Shown: piece after piece, positions 40,060-53,629 of the stretch
Position numbering within the stretch: position 1 is the first letter of the stretch
Layout: the number at the start of each line of letters is the position of its first letter
Assembly (NCBI GenBank): GCA_049724395.1
Contig: JAUGWO010000069.1
Span: 62,001 to 126,000, forward strand
Direction: 5' to 3'
DNA from: Spongospora subterranea f. sp. subterranea
Taxonomy: Eukaryota
DNA length: 64,000 nucleotides
Made by a program: the position numbers and the translations under genes
The notes under the pieces: generated by a model
Told to the model about the DNA's origin: nothing
Seen by the model: the letters and a program-made list of their open reading frames with translations, nothing else
The model's database searches: none

Positions 40060-41050
40060 CGAAAGCTGATTCATTTTCTGCTATTCAATCCATTGTTGGT
40101 ACCATGGAATCTATGGTGTACCTTTTCGGTCAAAATTGAGCACTTTATGTTCAGCGATATTGCCAAAAATTTCTTTGACCGATATCCCCATTCGACTTCT
40201 GCTTCCTGCATTTGTGTTTATTGAACGCATCGACAACTTTGGGTTTGGAGCCGGCTCAACACCGAGTTCACGTCGGTCAACTCTTCTAGAATATGTACAG
40301 ATCAACTCCCAAATATCCTGGATCTCTAAATAAATACTCAAAGTAGTCACCGGCTACAGCTTCTGTTCGTGTGTCTCGCCAAGTTCCATGCAGTTCGGAA
40401 TTTCGTAGGCAATTGACATCACGAAAGCTCCCAGCATATCCAGGATCAACATTGATAAGCAGGTCGTCATGTTCAATGAGTATGTTATCGGAAATACATC
40501 CTCGATGCAGACAAATGATCTGGCCTTGGGGGACGGCGGATCCGACACAAATGTTCCATCAACGAACCCGATACAGCCCGGCATCGGAAGGTATTCTGGA
40601 GCCCAAGTCCCTTCCTCGTTCAGAATCGGGCCACTGAATTTCATGGTCGACGAGTTGAGTAATGACACTTAAAACAAAAAAACGAGTTGTCAGATTTTCC
40701 CGATTGACAATGATTTCAATGAATGGATTCATATCGTCAAGTAGTAATATGCTTGAGGCAGCTAGAACCCGTTCAGGACTAGAAAGTTTCGGCGGCCCAC
40801 TTGTTTGTCGTTTTCTCTTCCGTCCAGAGATCCAAAACTGGGAGCGTTTCGATTTCAGCGCCTGGGTCGGCGAGGTGTTCCAAAACCGGGTCGCGGTTTG
40901 TCGAACGGTGAAGGTGATAGTGGTCGGGGTGAATTACGAGCTGGATGAACAGGTGATCGTAATCATGCCGCTTCTGATGAGGCTGTTTATCCTTACTGTA
41001 TCGGGACCATTAGCTTGTGCGTATTCTCGTTCATATTCGGCCATGTAGTG
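40060..41050 (-). mobile_element. Degenerate PIF/Harbinger transposase (DDE_Tnp_4) remnant
   Basis: Across frameshifts: LSSPERVLAA, QLVDHEIQWP, PMPGCIGFVDGTFV, NVDPGYAGSFRD..LRNSEL, YLFRDPGY and DAFNKH. Stops and frameshifts present. Confidence 0.75.
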
Positions 41051-41574
41051 GAGAATGCAATTTGTTGATCCATATGATTTTTACGATGAGGGCCACTTCT
41101 TCCGTCGGTGATCAAAATCACTCAATGGGCTGACGTCTATGAACTATCAAGTCTACAAGACATATGTGATGAATTGAGCAACTCGTCAAAATGTTGTGTT
41201 TGGCCAGATCGACATAGACCAATCTGGAGTACGGTATATCGTTATCTCGAATCCATCATCAGACCCTTTTTTGCGTCGAGGAGTAGGTTTCTGATGAAAA
41301 AACCCAGTTTTGCTGGGTTCGCGATATCCATATCCAAAGTGACGGACTGATTGTAAGAACTCGTAATCAGGGTATTTCTAGTTCGCATCGAGGCGCGCAG
41401 TCTAAGAAGTCTCATGATCAGTAATCTCTTTCGAGCTCGTCGAGCGAGGATCATCATCATCATCATCATCATCAGTGATCTCATCAAATAAAGGTCTGAT
41501 GATGAAACAGACACTCAAGAGTAAATTGAGTGATTTTTGTGTCGCCTATATGCGATGTTTTTGGAGGTCATCCA

Positions 41575-42060
41575 TTGACGCAAATCCTGATTTTACTCCA
41601 ACTCAAACTTGACGCAAATCCTGATTTTACTCCAACTCAAACTTGACGCAAATCCTGATTTTACTCCAACTCAAACTTGACGCAAATCCTGATTTTACTC
41701 CAACTCAAACTTGACGCAAATCCTGATTTTACTCCAACTCAAACTTGACGCAAATCCTGATTTTACTCCAACTCAAACTTGACGCAAATCCTGATTTTAC
41801 TCCAACTCAAACTTGACGCAAATCCTGATTTTACTCCAACTCAAACTTGACGCAAATCCTGATTTTACTCCAACTCAAACTTGACGCAAATCCTGATTTT
41901 ACTCCAACTCAAACTTGACGCAAATCCTGATTTTACTCCAACTCAAACTTGACGCAAATCCTGATTTTACTCCAACTCAAACTTGACGCAAATCCTGATT
42001 TTACTCCAACTCAAACTTGACGCAAATCCTGATTTTACTCCAACTCAAACTTGACGCAAA
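41575..42060. repeat. Perfect 34-bp tandem array, 14 copies plus a partial
   Basis: ttgacgcaaatcctgattttactccaactcaaac repeated with period 34 and no spacers. Confidence 0.98.
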
Positions 42061-42218
42061 TTTCGGCAAATTTGCGATTGCGCGATTTTTGAATGTCCCT
42101 GTCACCCAGTGTTCCCAATGTACAGTACACGTTTCGCTAGTGCAGTTCTTTTGTTCAAAGGGGATGTCATTTCCCCAATTGATCGGTGATATAATAGGGA
42201 AATATTATACCGATATCA

Positions 42219-44033
42219 ATGCCCTCCATCTCCATGCCTGATGCTGCTTACAAGACGGAGTCGGATTCCTGCCGACAGCGTCGCCATCAGGCGGATTCAG
42301 GGAAAGATCTGGCGGTCGGCGAGCGGTTCAAGGCCGAGGCAGATAAGCTATTCCGTTCAGGTCGGCTCGAGCAGGCAACAACCGCATACAGCAAAGCTAT
42401 TATATATTATCCATGGCAGAATTCGGCCCCCCTGTGGCACAATCGTGCTCTCTGCCTATATCGACTGTCTCTGTTCCGGAATTCAATTGCTGATCTTGAC
42501 CAAGCGATTGATCTGGACCCCAATTATGGTAAAGCTCATAGCCGGCGAGATATGGCCAAATCTCAAATGGAGAGCGGCGACTGTTGTGAGAATGTGGTCA
42601 GGTCCCTCACTCCTGTGATTCATCCCGATATAGAACAAACGTACTCAGATAGTGCCGGACGGTATTACCGGGTTCGATCCGGTTGTGGTGTCGTTAAAGT
42701 TGGTTCGGCTATGCTGGTCGAGCCCGCAGTCGCCGCTGTTTTATTGCCATCTTCTCAGGGGCAGCGCTGTGAATACTGTTTAAGCAAATTGACTATTCCT
42801 GTTCCTAATTCTTCTGTTGATGTTGTCGTCGTTCATCCATGTCGGGCGTGTACAGCGTGCTATTATTGCAGCGATTCATGTCGGCAAATAGCATATCAAT
42901 TTCATCGGAACGAATGTGGTCGCAAATTGTTCTCGAAGCTGGCGTCAACTAGTATTCTTGCTTACCGATTCCTGATAGAACAGTCGTTTATTTCCGATGG
43001 CACGACCTTGCAGGCTTCCCAACGTCCATGTCCTTTGAGAGATCAAGACGATAAAAGCGATGCAGAACGGCTCTCCGTCGCCACGTCCATGTCTAAATCG
43101 GATTTGTTACAGGCAATGCGTCAGATCCGAATCAATGGGTTCTTCTTCAAATCTTCAAGCAGCACCTTCTCAGATTCAGGTGAAAACGCTGATCGATATG
43201 CAATTGGCATATTCCATAAGGCGTCATTATTCAACCACAATTGCTCTCCGACCGCTAGCGTCTCTTTCATGGGTCGTCAGATTCGGGTGTTTTGTACGGC
43301 GCCAATGACAACGGGCGATACTGTTTCGATCAGTTATGGGCCTATTACTCCCGAACAGCCTAGCGCCATCCGACGTCAACATTATCAACGATTATACGAA
43401 TTCCAGTGTTTGTGTGATGATTGCGCCAATAATCTTGGCCCATGTCCTGTTCGTTGTCGACAATGCGACCAATCGTGGGATTTTAGCGCGCATTGCCCGC
43501 GTTGTCCATCGTGCGGTCATTTTGATCGCAACCTGTCTGACACAATGGAAAGCGCCGTTCGCCAGTTAGATTCTCGAGATGATCCTGACCAGCTCCGCTC
43601 CTGTATCGCCAAGTTGCTTCCATATTCAGAATCATATACCAATTTACTGTTAGGGCGTCTGTCCGATACGCTGGCGTTCCTGTACAGTCAAGAATCAAAT
43701 TATAGTTCATGCGTTGAGTCGCTGCAGTTCAGCGTTAATACTGTTCGGAAACGGTTCAGGATTAGTACTCAATTAGGGTACGAGCTCATGAAATACGGAT
43801 CGGCGCTATGGTATGAAATTCATTTTATACGTTCATATGCTAATCGACTTGCGCTGTGTAGGGCTAATGAGCAACATGCTGAAGCGAAACGTGTATTCTG
43901 GAAAGGAATTCAAGTACTGTCATGGTGTCTAGGAAGCGATCATGACGCCGTTCAATACGAACTCGCTGGTCTGAATCGGCAATACTTTGATTTCGTCGAC
44001 GCGCCAACGCTTCTGCAATTTCTGATCCAGTAA
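42219..44033 (+). CDS. TPR + SET/MYND lysine methyltransferase (SMYD4-like)
   Basis: TPRs (LWHNRALCLYRL), MYND (CEYC..CRAC..YYCSDSC..HRNEC), SET (ASLFNHNCSP, VSISYGP) and post-SET CLCDDC. Confidence 0.9.
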   Translation: MPSISMPDAAYKTESDSCRQRRHQADSGKDLAVGERFKAEADKLFRSGRLEQATTAYSKAIIYYPWQNSAPLWHNRALCLYRLSLFRNSIADLDQAIDLDPNYGKAHSRRDMAKSQMESGDCCENVVRSLTPVIHPDIEQTYSDSAGRYYRVRSGCGVVKVGSAMLVEPAVAAVLLPSSQGQRCEYCLSKLTIPVPNSSVDVVVVHPCRACTACYYCSDSCRQIAYQFHRNECGRKLFSKLASTSILAYRFLIEQSFISDGTTLQASQRPCPLRDQDDKSDAERLSVATSMSKSDLLQAMRQIRINGFFFKSSSSTFSDSGENADRYAIGIFHKASLFNHNCSPTASVSFMGRQIRVFCTAPMTTGDTVSISYGPITPEQPSAIRRQHYQRLYEFQCLCDDCANNLGPCPVRCRQCDQSWDFSAHCPRCPSCGHFDRNLSDTMESAVRQLDSRDDPDQLRSCIAKLLPYSESYTNLLLGRLSDTLAFLYSQESNYSSCVESLQFSVNTVRKRFRISTQLGYELMKYGSALWYEIHFIRSYANRLALCRANEQHAEAKRVFWKGIQVLSWCLGSDHDAVQYELAGLNRQYFDFVDAPTLLQFLIQ

Positions 44034-44253
44034 TCTTTCTGTCTTACCCCTTATCTACAGTTTATGGAGGGCCTATCCCACTTCTTTTGCAAAATTGTCT
44101 ACAGTACTGAGACTGTCAACATGGCAAGGCGCTCTCAGAGAGGTTAGGCACGGCCGAATCAAACACCGAAAGGTCCATTCGCTTGGACTGTGACCTCAAT
44201 GTAAATAAGGTTGCCGAATTCGAGCGTTGTTAAATACATCATACATATTTGAG

Positions 44254-45978
44254 CTATATTGGTTGTGATTTTTTCTTGACAAAGTCTTGGAACGGGTTAG
44301 TTGACGACTGTTCAGCCTTTCGCTTTTTCACCTTCCTAAGCTTGCCTTTATCATATTCGGTATCCCAATCGGATCGGCGCTGGGGGGCCATTTGCTCTTG
44401 GTGATCTCGCAGAATTAGCAATCGTTCACGTTCGTTGACGTTCGCCCCTTCCCAAGTTGGGACGCTAACAGATTTAACGCCCTGGAATGGCTGGATTGTT
44501 TCTAAGCGGACCCTACCCTCGGGCATCGATGAGCTCATTAACCTTCTATATCTCCATGCCGCCGGTAGACGAATAGGATGCCTGCAAGATCGGAACACCT
44601 GGGGGACATCAGGATCGGACCGATCGCCCCCAGCGTTGACAGGAACCTCGGCAGCGGTGCCCCACCAGAAGCCACAGGAGGAACCGGGACCGACACGGGT
44701 GCTGCAGCAACAGGGGGAGCAACAACGATTTGTTGAGTTTGAATCGGTTTAACCGGTGCAATAACCGGCTTAGCCTCATCACGAATATAGAATAGCAAAT
44801 ATGGCTTCTGAGATAAAACCTATCCAAGTTCGGTCAATAAAGCTGATTATCGTCCAATCATCATGGGTTCATACATGGTCCGAACTGGTTTTGTGAACTG
44901 AGGAATCATCCATCAAATACCATGGTCCAGCAGCACTCTTCACATATGCCACATAATGACCAGATCTGGGCCCAGATCCAATATGGACTACTAGCCCATA
45001 GAGCGAATAAGTGACAGCTGATCCACCATGATCGGAGCTCATGAACGGCGTTATGTCCAGACGATGCTCATATTGGACAGGTTTCGTGATTTTATCGCCA
45101 GTGTACATGAACCGCTTCAACTGGATTGTCAGGACGGTTGGGGCAGAATCAATCGTCAGCCGTTTATGAGCCACAACGCGTTTCTTGCAGTTCGAACACA
45201 TGTACATGTTGTGGCCCGATAGTACTTCTGGAGCTGTGAAATGACGCAACGCTGTCACAACTGAATTGGCACGCTGAATTTCTAGTGAAAGGTCTTCGAA
45301 TGCGTCGAAAGAGTTTGACGGATGGGCACAGACCTGGCATCGAACCTGGGACCTAAATCTTCCACCGAAAATTGCGTCCACTAGTTTTGGTTGACAGCTC
45401 TTATGCAAAACCTCAAGGCATTTACAAAGAAATTCGTGAGCGTCTTCCTGTCGCCCTGGTCTGAATGATCGGGATAGAAAACGTAGATTGGCAACCAGTG
45501 ATCGAGGAGATTTAGGCTGTCCACCAGAGAGGGCGCTTGTCGCATGTGTCTGAAGGAAACAATAGAGGCAGAATCTTTGTTTGGCTTTAACCGGACAGTT
45601 TTGCATGGGGTGCGACGATAAAAAATTCACCAATGGTGCCGTGTGTGTTAAACATTGGAGAATGCTATTCAAGAAACACGTGTTTCCCAAATTATGTAGA
45701 CCTGAAGCAGCACTCCAAAGGCGATTCCATTGCACGTCAACAGACAGCGCAATTGAATTCGCCGATTTCGACCCGGAATTAGACAGATCTACTCCGTGAC
45801 GATGCGCATTAAACGACGACTTTGGTTTGACGAAATTCAATCGACGGGGAAGGGGATTTGCCAGCGCGTTAGGTTTGGTGCCAATTCCTAACCCCACCAT
45901 TGGTTTGATCGACTGCGCCAGGATCGGGAATCGTGTCCGACGCGTTGCCTTGGTGGAAATTCTAACGTGGTGATGCAA
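44254..45978 (-). CDS. Ubiquitin carboxyl-terminal hydrolase, USP36/USP42-like
   Basis: GLHNLGNTCFLNSILQCL, RQEDAHEF, GHYVAYVK and C-terminal DWDTEYDKGKLRKVK..NPFQ. Start uncertain. Confidence 0.9.
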
Positions 45979-46919
45979 ACCTGGAGAACTGCGTGACCGG
46001 ACTCCGCTTCGGCGTTATTCGACCACGTTTCAGGCCATGATCGTTAAGCACCGATACATATATGTACTCTCAATCGAAAAATTCCGCGGCCGATGAGCTA
46101 ACGATTTCATCAAAATCCATCTCTCGCCAAATTTGGTCTTGAGAAATGATGATAGTTTCCATTTACAGTGAGTGCCTGTTGGTCGTTGGATCAGAAACTT
46201 GAAGAAAAACTATTAGGGCACAGTAATGTTGCGGATTCATTCATCCAAAATCTCTCCCTGTACAGTATCTGGATATAATTGGCAGATTTGTAGAGCTATT
46301 GTTGGATGGCTGTGTGTGAAGTACATTACGCTGTACACTTATTAGTTCTCTACAACAGAATGAAGTGAGGTCTAATCTGTAATCTAATTTTGCGCGTTTT
46401 CAAGATGAGTCGTCAGTGCTCGGGAGCCCCGTGATTGACGGAGCGGCGTTTCGTGCTTCCGATATCCCACTTGTGTGACGTATCACTTGCTCCGTTCGGA
46501 GGTGTGACGTGACCCGGGAAATTGTGCGCAGATGAGGGAAAAGTTATCCAAAAGACGGTGAGCCAGACAACCTGGTCCTGTCCTATCGTTCGCAGATGAT
46601 CAACCGATACCACAATAATCGAGTATAGTGCTCTAATGCGATTGTGCACACTAAATTGTTGAACGTAGGGGTTTAACAGTTTACTGCCCTGATGATTACA
46701 TAGTGTTTTTCAACAACACAGCATCCATTGCAGTATGAGTCGGAACCTCCGGGTCTTAATGGCTGAACAATTCCATGCTACCGTCGTCTGCCGTCGTAGC
46801 CGAAAAGCATACTCTCGTGGAATAAAAAACAACCTATAAACATCATCCTTGTCACATGCCTACCTAACAACAAATAAAGCAATAACACGACTTAATGTGG
46901 GACCAAACAAACGGTTCAC

Positions 46920-47470
46920 TTTTAAAAGTTCTGATTTCCGGATGAACGCAGCTTGGAACTCACAAACAACTTCACGCAAGCTATAGTCGTTTTAGATCTG
47001 CCGTTTAAACATCGAAAGATAAAGTAGTAAGAAAAACAGGCTGGCGTCTCCGTTGCGGTTAACAGTTGGCATCTCTGGTATGAACTGGAAAAAGTTTTAT
47101 CTTGACACTCTTGGCTCAGCATACATTGACACCAGCTGAAGCAGGCCAGGTAAGAATGAATTAAGCCAATAATCAAATCCTTGCCAATCAGGAAACCAAG
47201 AAGCTAACGATAGGTAGCATACGATGCGATAGCCACCTTTTCTGATTTTAGTGGTGGCCACAGGGTTGGTAATATCGTCAGAGCATCTGGTTTTTTGAAG
47301 AAACAAAGATTTGATGTTGGCCCTCATGCAGCCTTAATGCCTTTGATCCCAGGCGCAGCCTCAACTTCCTGCATTCCAAAAACCGGATACAACTTCCAGC
47401 TTGACCTATCTGTTGGTGTTTAGTCTCGATGTTGAGATTGTCGACCATAAAGGCAGAATGGATCATCATC
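46920..47470 (-). pseudogene. Possible decayed Ulp1-like peptidase fragment
   Basis: RIVCYLSL and PTVNRNGDASLFFL loosely resemble Ulp1 motifs. Stops present. Confidence 0.25.
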
Positions 47471-47500
47471 AGGCAATTATCTGGTTAATGATCAACGTTA

Positions 47501-47619
47501 TTTGTGTATCTTTGCTCAAGTGTATAAAACCGTCTGTGTATCGTTACTCAAGTGTATAAAACCGTTTGTGTATCGTTACTCAAGTGTATAAAACCGTTTG
47601 TGTATCGTTGCTCAAGTGT
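47501..47619. repeat. 32-bp tandem repeat (about 3.7 copies)
   Basis: tgtgtatcgttactcaagtgtataaaaccgtt repeated. Confidence 0.92.
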
Positions 47620-48887
47620 GAACGCCTTCTGACAGTCCCATCCCGTCATGCTCCATGTCACGTTATTACTGAAACCGATTGTCACAATTCAAATCTTCAT
47701 AATATCGTTTTGTGACTATGATTCGTAGTAGGGGAAGTCAATGATAATTCAAGACAATTCCATCTACTCAGCTGCTTTCAACGTGAACCATCTTTTAAGT
47801 TCTTACATGCTTGTTGCCGTTACGTTTTCCAAAGGCCGAAATACCTGTTGAAGCTTAGTTGACAATTCGCAGAAGTTAAAGATAGGTGTATTTTAGCTTT
47901 GTTCCAGCTTTACTCTGTACACCTATAAAGCTGTGAGGGAAAACAAAGTCGACTGATTTTTTACTGTAGTGTCTCGAGCAGTAGCAAATATTGATTTCGT
48001 CTTAGGGTTTCAGCTGTGTTCCCAAAAACGCTAAATACACTATATCTCGCGATTTTTACACGGATGAAGCATTGGAAACCACGATTTCCTGATTTTCATT
48101 TCCAAGAGGAAGATGTAACAGTTTGCCGTAATTGCCATCATTTCCGGCTAAAACACATTCAAGTCTATTTGTAAGATCATCGTGCACATTGTCTCCGTTC
48201 GTTGCCACACCTTCTACATGCTCGGTTGTGCATGACTAGTTGTTGCAGTCTGTTCTTTCCGAACTGCCACGTCAAGAATAAATCAATCGTCACTCAGCCC
48301 GTGCCAGCAATCGTAAGCAATTGCATTCAGCGTCGAGATCTATATATTTTTGTAAAAGACCCTGCAGAAAAAGCTCGCCGAAAACGTCAAAAAATGGAGG
48401 CCTTTGTAGGATTCGTCGTATGATAAAACAAGGTCGATGAGCAGAGAAAGAGTGAGGGAGGGAACAAAGAGCTAGCAATCACATGACAAATGTTTGGCGT
48501 GAAGGTCCGAAAAAGGGCAGGCTTCAACGACAACTTTAATCTAAAGGGAAGTCTTTCTGATGGCGTTATAACCTACGTGTGCCAGATTTTGAATCCCTGT
48601 AATGTTGTCAGAACTATTGTGCTCCTGTCGACTGTGCCAGTACAAATCATTCACTAATTATTTATTAAAAATGCAGTAAATAAAAGAAAAACGAAAAATG
48701 CTTACATGCCGAAGGCATACTCACTTTCTGCATTCCGCACGATGGGGTTCGGCAGCCGCGTTGGTCGCCCTCTTCTTACGCGGTGGAGATCGCGTCGAAG
48801 GGGCCCTATTGGAAGTGTGGTTTCAACTCCTTCAAAGTATCTTCCCGCAAGCACGATTGTTGGGCGCTCCGCTTGGAAGTGACGCCC

Positions 48888-49057
48888 GCTGCTAATGATG
48901 GCGGTTCCATAATCGCAGAGTCAATTCACCTACCGTTACTTCGCTGACAACAACGAGTTCCAGGTCGCGAGTGCGCTCAACCAACGCTGCGTCGAACTCC
49001 CGACTTCGTAGCTGTCGGTGGATTGACTATAATTATGGAACCGCCATCGCTAGCAGC
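48888..49057. repeat. Imperfect inverted repeat / hairpin
   Basis: gctgctaatgatggcggttccataat..agtcaattcacc pairs with ggtggattgact..attatggaaccgccatcgctagcagc. Confidence 0.88.
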
Positions 49058-49618
49058 CAATGAGAAATGTGAGTGATCAGCGCATATCTAACGTAGTTGT
49101 GATTCCCCAATAATTGCTGACGTAATCCCCAGACTTTCTATCGAAAGTGAATACATACCACGAGCACGAGGATCGAGAGACTGTTTTCAGTCATGACGAT
49201 CTTTTGAGATTGCAATCAATCCCTACGAATAATTATTCGGCCATAACGATCTGAACTTTGAAGCGACATGGCTGGCGGTTGATCGACCGAATTTGCCTAT
49301 AAACTTGAGGTTGTGTCTACCATGACCCAATAAACTGTTGATCGATATAATTGTTCTCAGTGTGAGCTGCATCATCGCCTTCTTAGCATGAGTGCTACAG
49401 CATTGAAATTAGAGCCAGTAAACCGTTCAGAGATCGGTTCACCTTGCTCTAGTGAACATTGGTAGTTTGAAAAATGATTCGTCTAGATTCCCCGTCGTAG
49501 CATCCGTCGATATCAAGACTAGCGTTGCCTCCTCTTCTGTTGATCGTATTAGAATCGGCCTCAGTCAATGCGATTGTCTGCGAATTTGGCGACAGTACAT
49601 TCAACAGGTGCATTCTCA

Positions 49619-50720
<1,102 letters not shown>

Positions 50721-51096
50721 TCTGGGTGACGACGACGATGATCCCCTGCCCAATCAAGCGCAAGGAGGACTTGCCAGAGAGTCGCATAGGACTGATTTTC
50801 CATCGAAACCCTCATTTTCAACGCGTTGTTTCTTTTCGGTCAGGCACATAAAAATGTTATTTTTTTGAGGATGAACTCGTTGTCTTTTGAACTACAACCT
50901 CTATATAAGGTGAAATACTGAGCAATGGGCAGAAAACTATGTACAGTAGTGAAATTGTTGTGAAACCTTATGGCCGACAATTCGGCCATTCAAGATATTC
51001 GTAGGGGTATTTGCGTGTTTGGTTCCTGAACCACTCGGGGATCTCTCCATGCCAGGAGCTTAAACAAGCTATTTGGGGTTTGTGGACAGCCTGGGA

Positions 51097-51484
51097 TTTG
51101 GACAAGGATGCATTCCTGATCAGTTTGATGTTGGAACAGCTAGGAATCCCGAACTTGCAGACTTTGATTTTCAAAAGAGGCCTGAATGGCAGTGCTGGTT
51201 TCGTTGAAAGGCCAATTTGATTGAAACTATACACAAGATCAGATCAAGTCGAACTGGTAATAGCGAAATAATTGCAGAGAGCATTAACACAGAGTTTTTT
51301 TACCAACGTTTGTTATATCAGCTGAAGTTGTTTGTTTCGATCTTGTGTATAGTTCAAATCAAATTGGCGATTCACCGAAACCAGCACTGCCTTCCAGGCC
51401 CTTCTTTGAAACCAGAGTCTGCACGCTTTGCTAATTCCAGCTTGTTCCAACATCAGACCGATCAGGAATGCATCCTCATCCAAA
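51097..51484. repeat. Diverged long inverted repeat (arms about 145 bp)
   Basis: ggatgcattcctgatc..gatgttggaaca..ggcagtgctggtttcg..ccaatttgatt..aactatacacaagatc recurs reverse-complemented at about 51338-51484. Confidence 0.92.
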
Positions 51485-52099
51485 CGCGCTTTTAATGGTT
51501 ATTTAGGCGGTTAGCTGATCGGTTAACCGTTTTTTGTCTGGTATAAAGATACGGTTAACCGGTTAATGAAAACGGTTAACTGGTTAATAACTTGTTAACC
51601 TGGTTTTTGTCTGATAACACAAGTCAAATTTGAATTTTTTTCAGAAGTAATTTAAAGAATCTCGCGTGGCAGTTTACAAGGCTGATCGCCAGACTCAGTG
51701 CCAAGGGTGGCATCGCCTTCGCTATGATACCAGATGTTCTCGCCCATAATGCTGAACCCAGAAAGAAGGAAGTCAACCAGAAGCATTGACGGTGAAACTC
51801 AAAATAACCGATCGAGACGGACTTTCTGTTTGGAATCAGCTCAATTTTTAAGTTTGGAAATCCAATTTTTTGTGGTCGCTAGCTTGTGATGCAACTTGAT
51901 CTTGTGTGTTTTGATGGAATATCGGTGTTTGAAACTGGTTTTGGAGATTTGTGGGTAGAGCAATTTGAGTGATGATGAGGGTGATGTCGTTATGATGGTT
52001 ACGTCTCTTGCCTGTTAGACATCATCTTCCTCTGTTACTGTATTCACTCTGGAACTGCATATTTTCACTACCAAAGGAACGTTCCTGCTGCCCATGGAC

Positions 52100-53345
52100 A
52101 AGTTGCAGATGAGGAGACCAACCGGAAATGGTTAACGATGCTCGCACAGCTGTGTACGCCCGCCTTTTGACGATGTTGGATATCACTGGAAAACCCAAAA
52201 AGGGTGTTCGCTATTATCGGGGCCGAATTCAACATATCGTGGCTCACGATTAGCCGGATTTGGCATCGATGAAAGGATACATTGGCAGCAGGAGCCACTG
52301 CAGCAGTTCTAACGCATCTGAAAAAGAACTGCGGGCGGAAACCAAAATACCCGAACATTTCTTCCGATGTCGCTATCGTTCCTTTGAGCAAGAGGAACAC
52401 CCTTAGACCCTTATCTGCAGCAACGGGTATTTCTGCCGCTACCTTACATCGTCAACTTAAAAAGGCATTAATCCGCCGTCATACAACTTCGTTAAAGCCA
52501 CTTCTCACTGAATGTAACAAGATCGCTCGAATCAATTTTGTATCTCGATGCTTGAGCCCTATTCTATTTCTACCTCACCAAAATTCAGAGAAATGTTTGA
52601 CATAATGTATACTGATGAAAAATGGTTTTATCTAGCTCGCGACCGCGCCACATTTATCTGACGGCAGACGAAGAAGAACCCTATCGTTCATGCAAGAGCA
52701 AGAAATTCATTGGAAAAATTATGTTCCTTGCAGCTGTTGCTCGACCAAGATTTAATGACGAGAATAATTGCGTTTTTGACGTAAAAAAGTTGGCATCTGG
52801 ACGTTCGTAACCTCGGAACCTGCAAAACGGTCCAGCATAAACCGACAAAGGGGCACAGCGGTGACGTAGCCTGTGATAGTTAATCAAAAACAGTACGTTG
52901 AAGCCCTGTTGACAAAGGATCTACCTGCAATTCGAACGAAATTTTCAAGGTCTGCTCCTATCTATATTCAGCAAGATAATGCTCGGCCGCATATCAAGCC
53001 TGATCACAAGCAGTTCCGACTTTGTCCCCAGGAAGATGGTTATGCTGATGTGTCAGCCACTAAACAGTCCAGATTTCAACATTCTGGACCTGGGATTTTT
53101 AACGCAATTCAATCTATACAGCATACCGAATCCTTAAGAAACTTGGATGAACTAATAACAGCTGTTACAAATGCGTATGAGAAGTTGGAACCTCAGAAGT
53201 TCAACATTACCTTCTTGACATTACAAAGCGTGATGCTCTCTTGCATGGACGACGAAGGTGGAAACAGGTTCCGTATTCCACATTTAGGGAATGGGAAGCT
53301 TGTCAATACTGGGCAACTTCCTATATCAATTATTATACCTGCCTA
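52100..53345 (+). mobile_element. Degenerate Tc1/mariner (plant/oomycete-type DD39D-like) transposase
   Basis: TISRIW, NCGRKP, TLRPLSAATGIS, LKPLLT..NK..R, TDEKWFY, KIMFLAAVARPRF, IQQDNARPH, NSPDFNILDLGIFNAIQS and GGNRFRIPH. Frameshifts and stops present. Confidence 0.92.
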
Positions 53346-53629
53346 CCAGAAACAGGAACAAGGGCTAGAAATACAATTATGGATGCAAATCTTGCAACCT
53401 TGTTGTCTTCTCTTCCAATAAAGTAAAGAGTGTCAATCTGGGCTGTTGCTGGCTGACAGAAGAGCCTAATATTAACTTGAGATAGGGAGAACGAACCTGA
53501 TATAGATACTGCCATCCCAATCGATCAGTTACTTTGAAACAGAAACAAAGTTCGTTGCGATCGTTTTTTTTAAACAGAGGTAGATTGATTAACCGATCAG
53601 TAACCCTGAGTCGGTTCAGTCGGTAGTCC

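Noticed and set aside
41575..42060. CRISPR array
   Set aside because: The repeats are contiguous and identical with no spacers, the context is eukaryotic, and there are no cas genes.
46690..46767. C/D-box snoRNA (tgatga ... ctga)
   Set aside because: Box C context is imperfect, there is no clear terminal stem, and I could not identify an rRNA-complementary guide.
47501..47619. CRISPR-like 32-bp repeat
   Set aside because: No unique spacers; it is a simple minisatellite.
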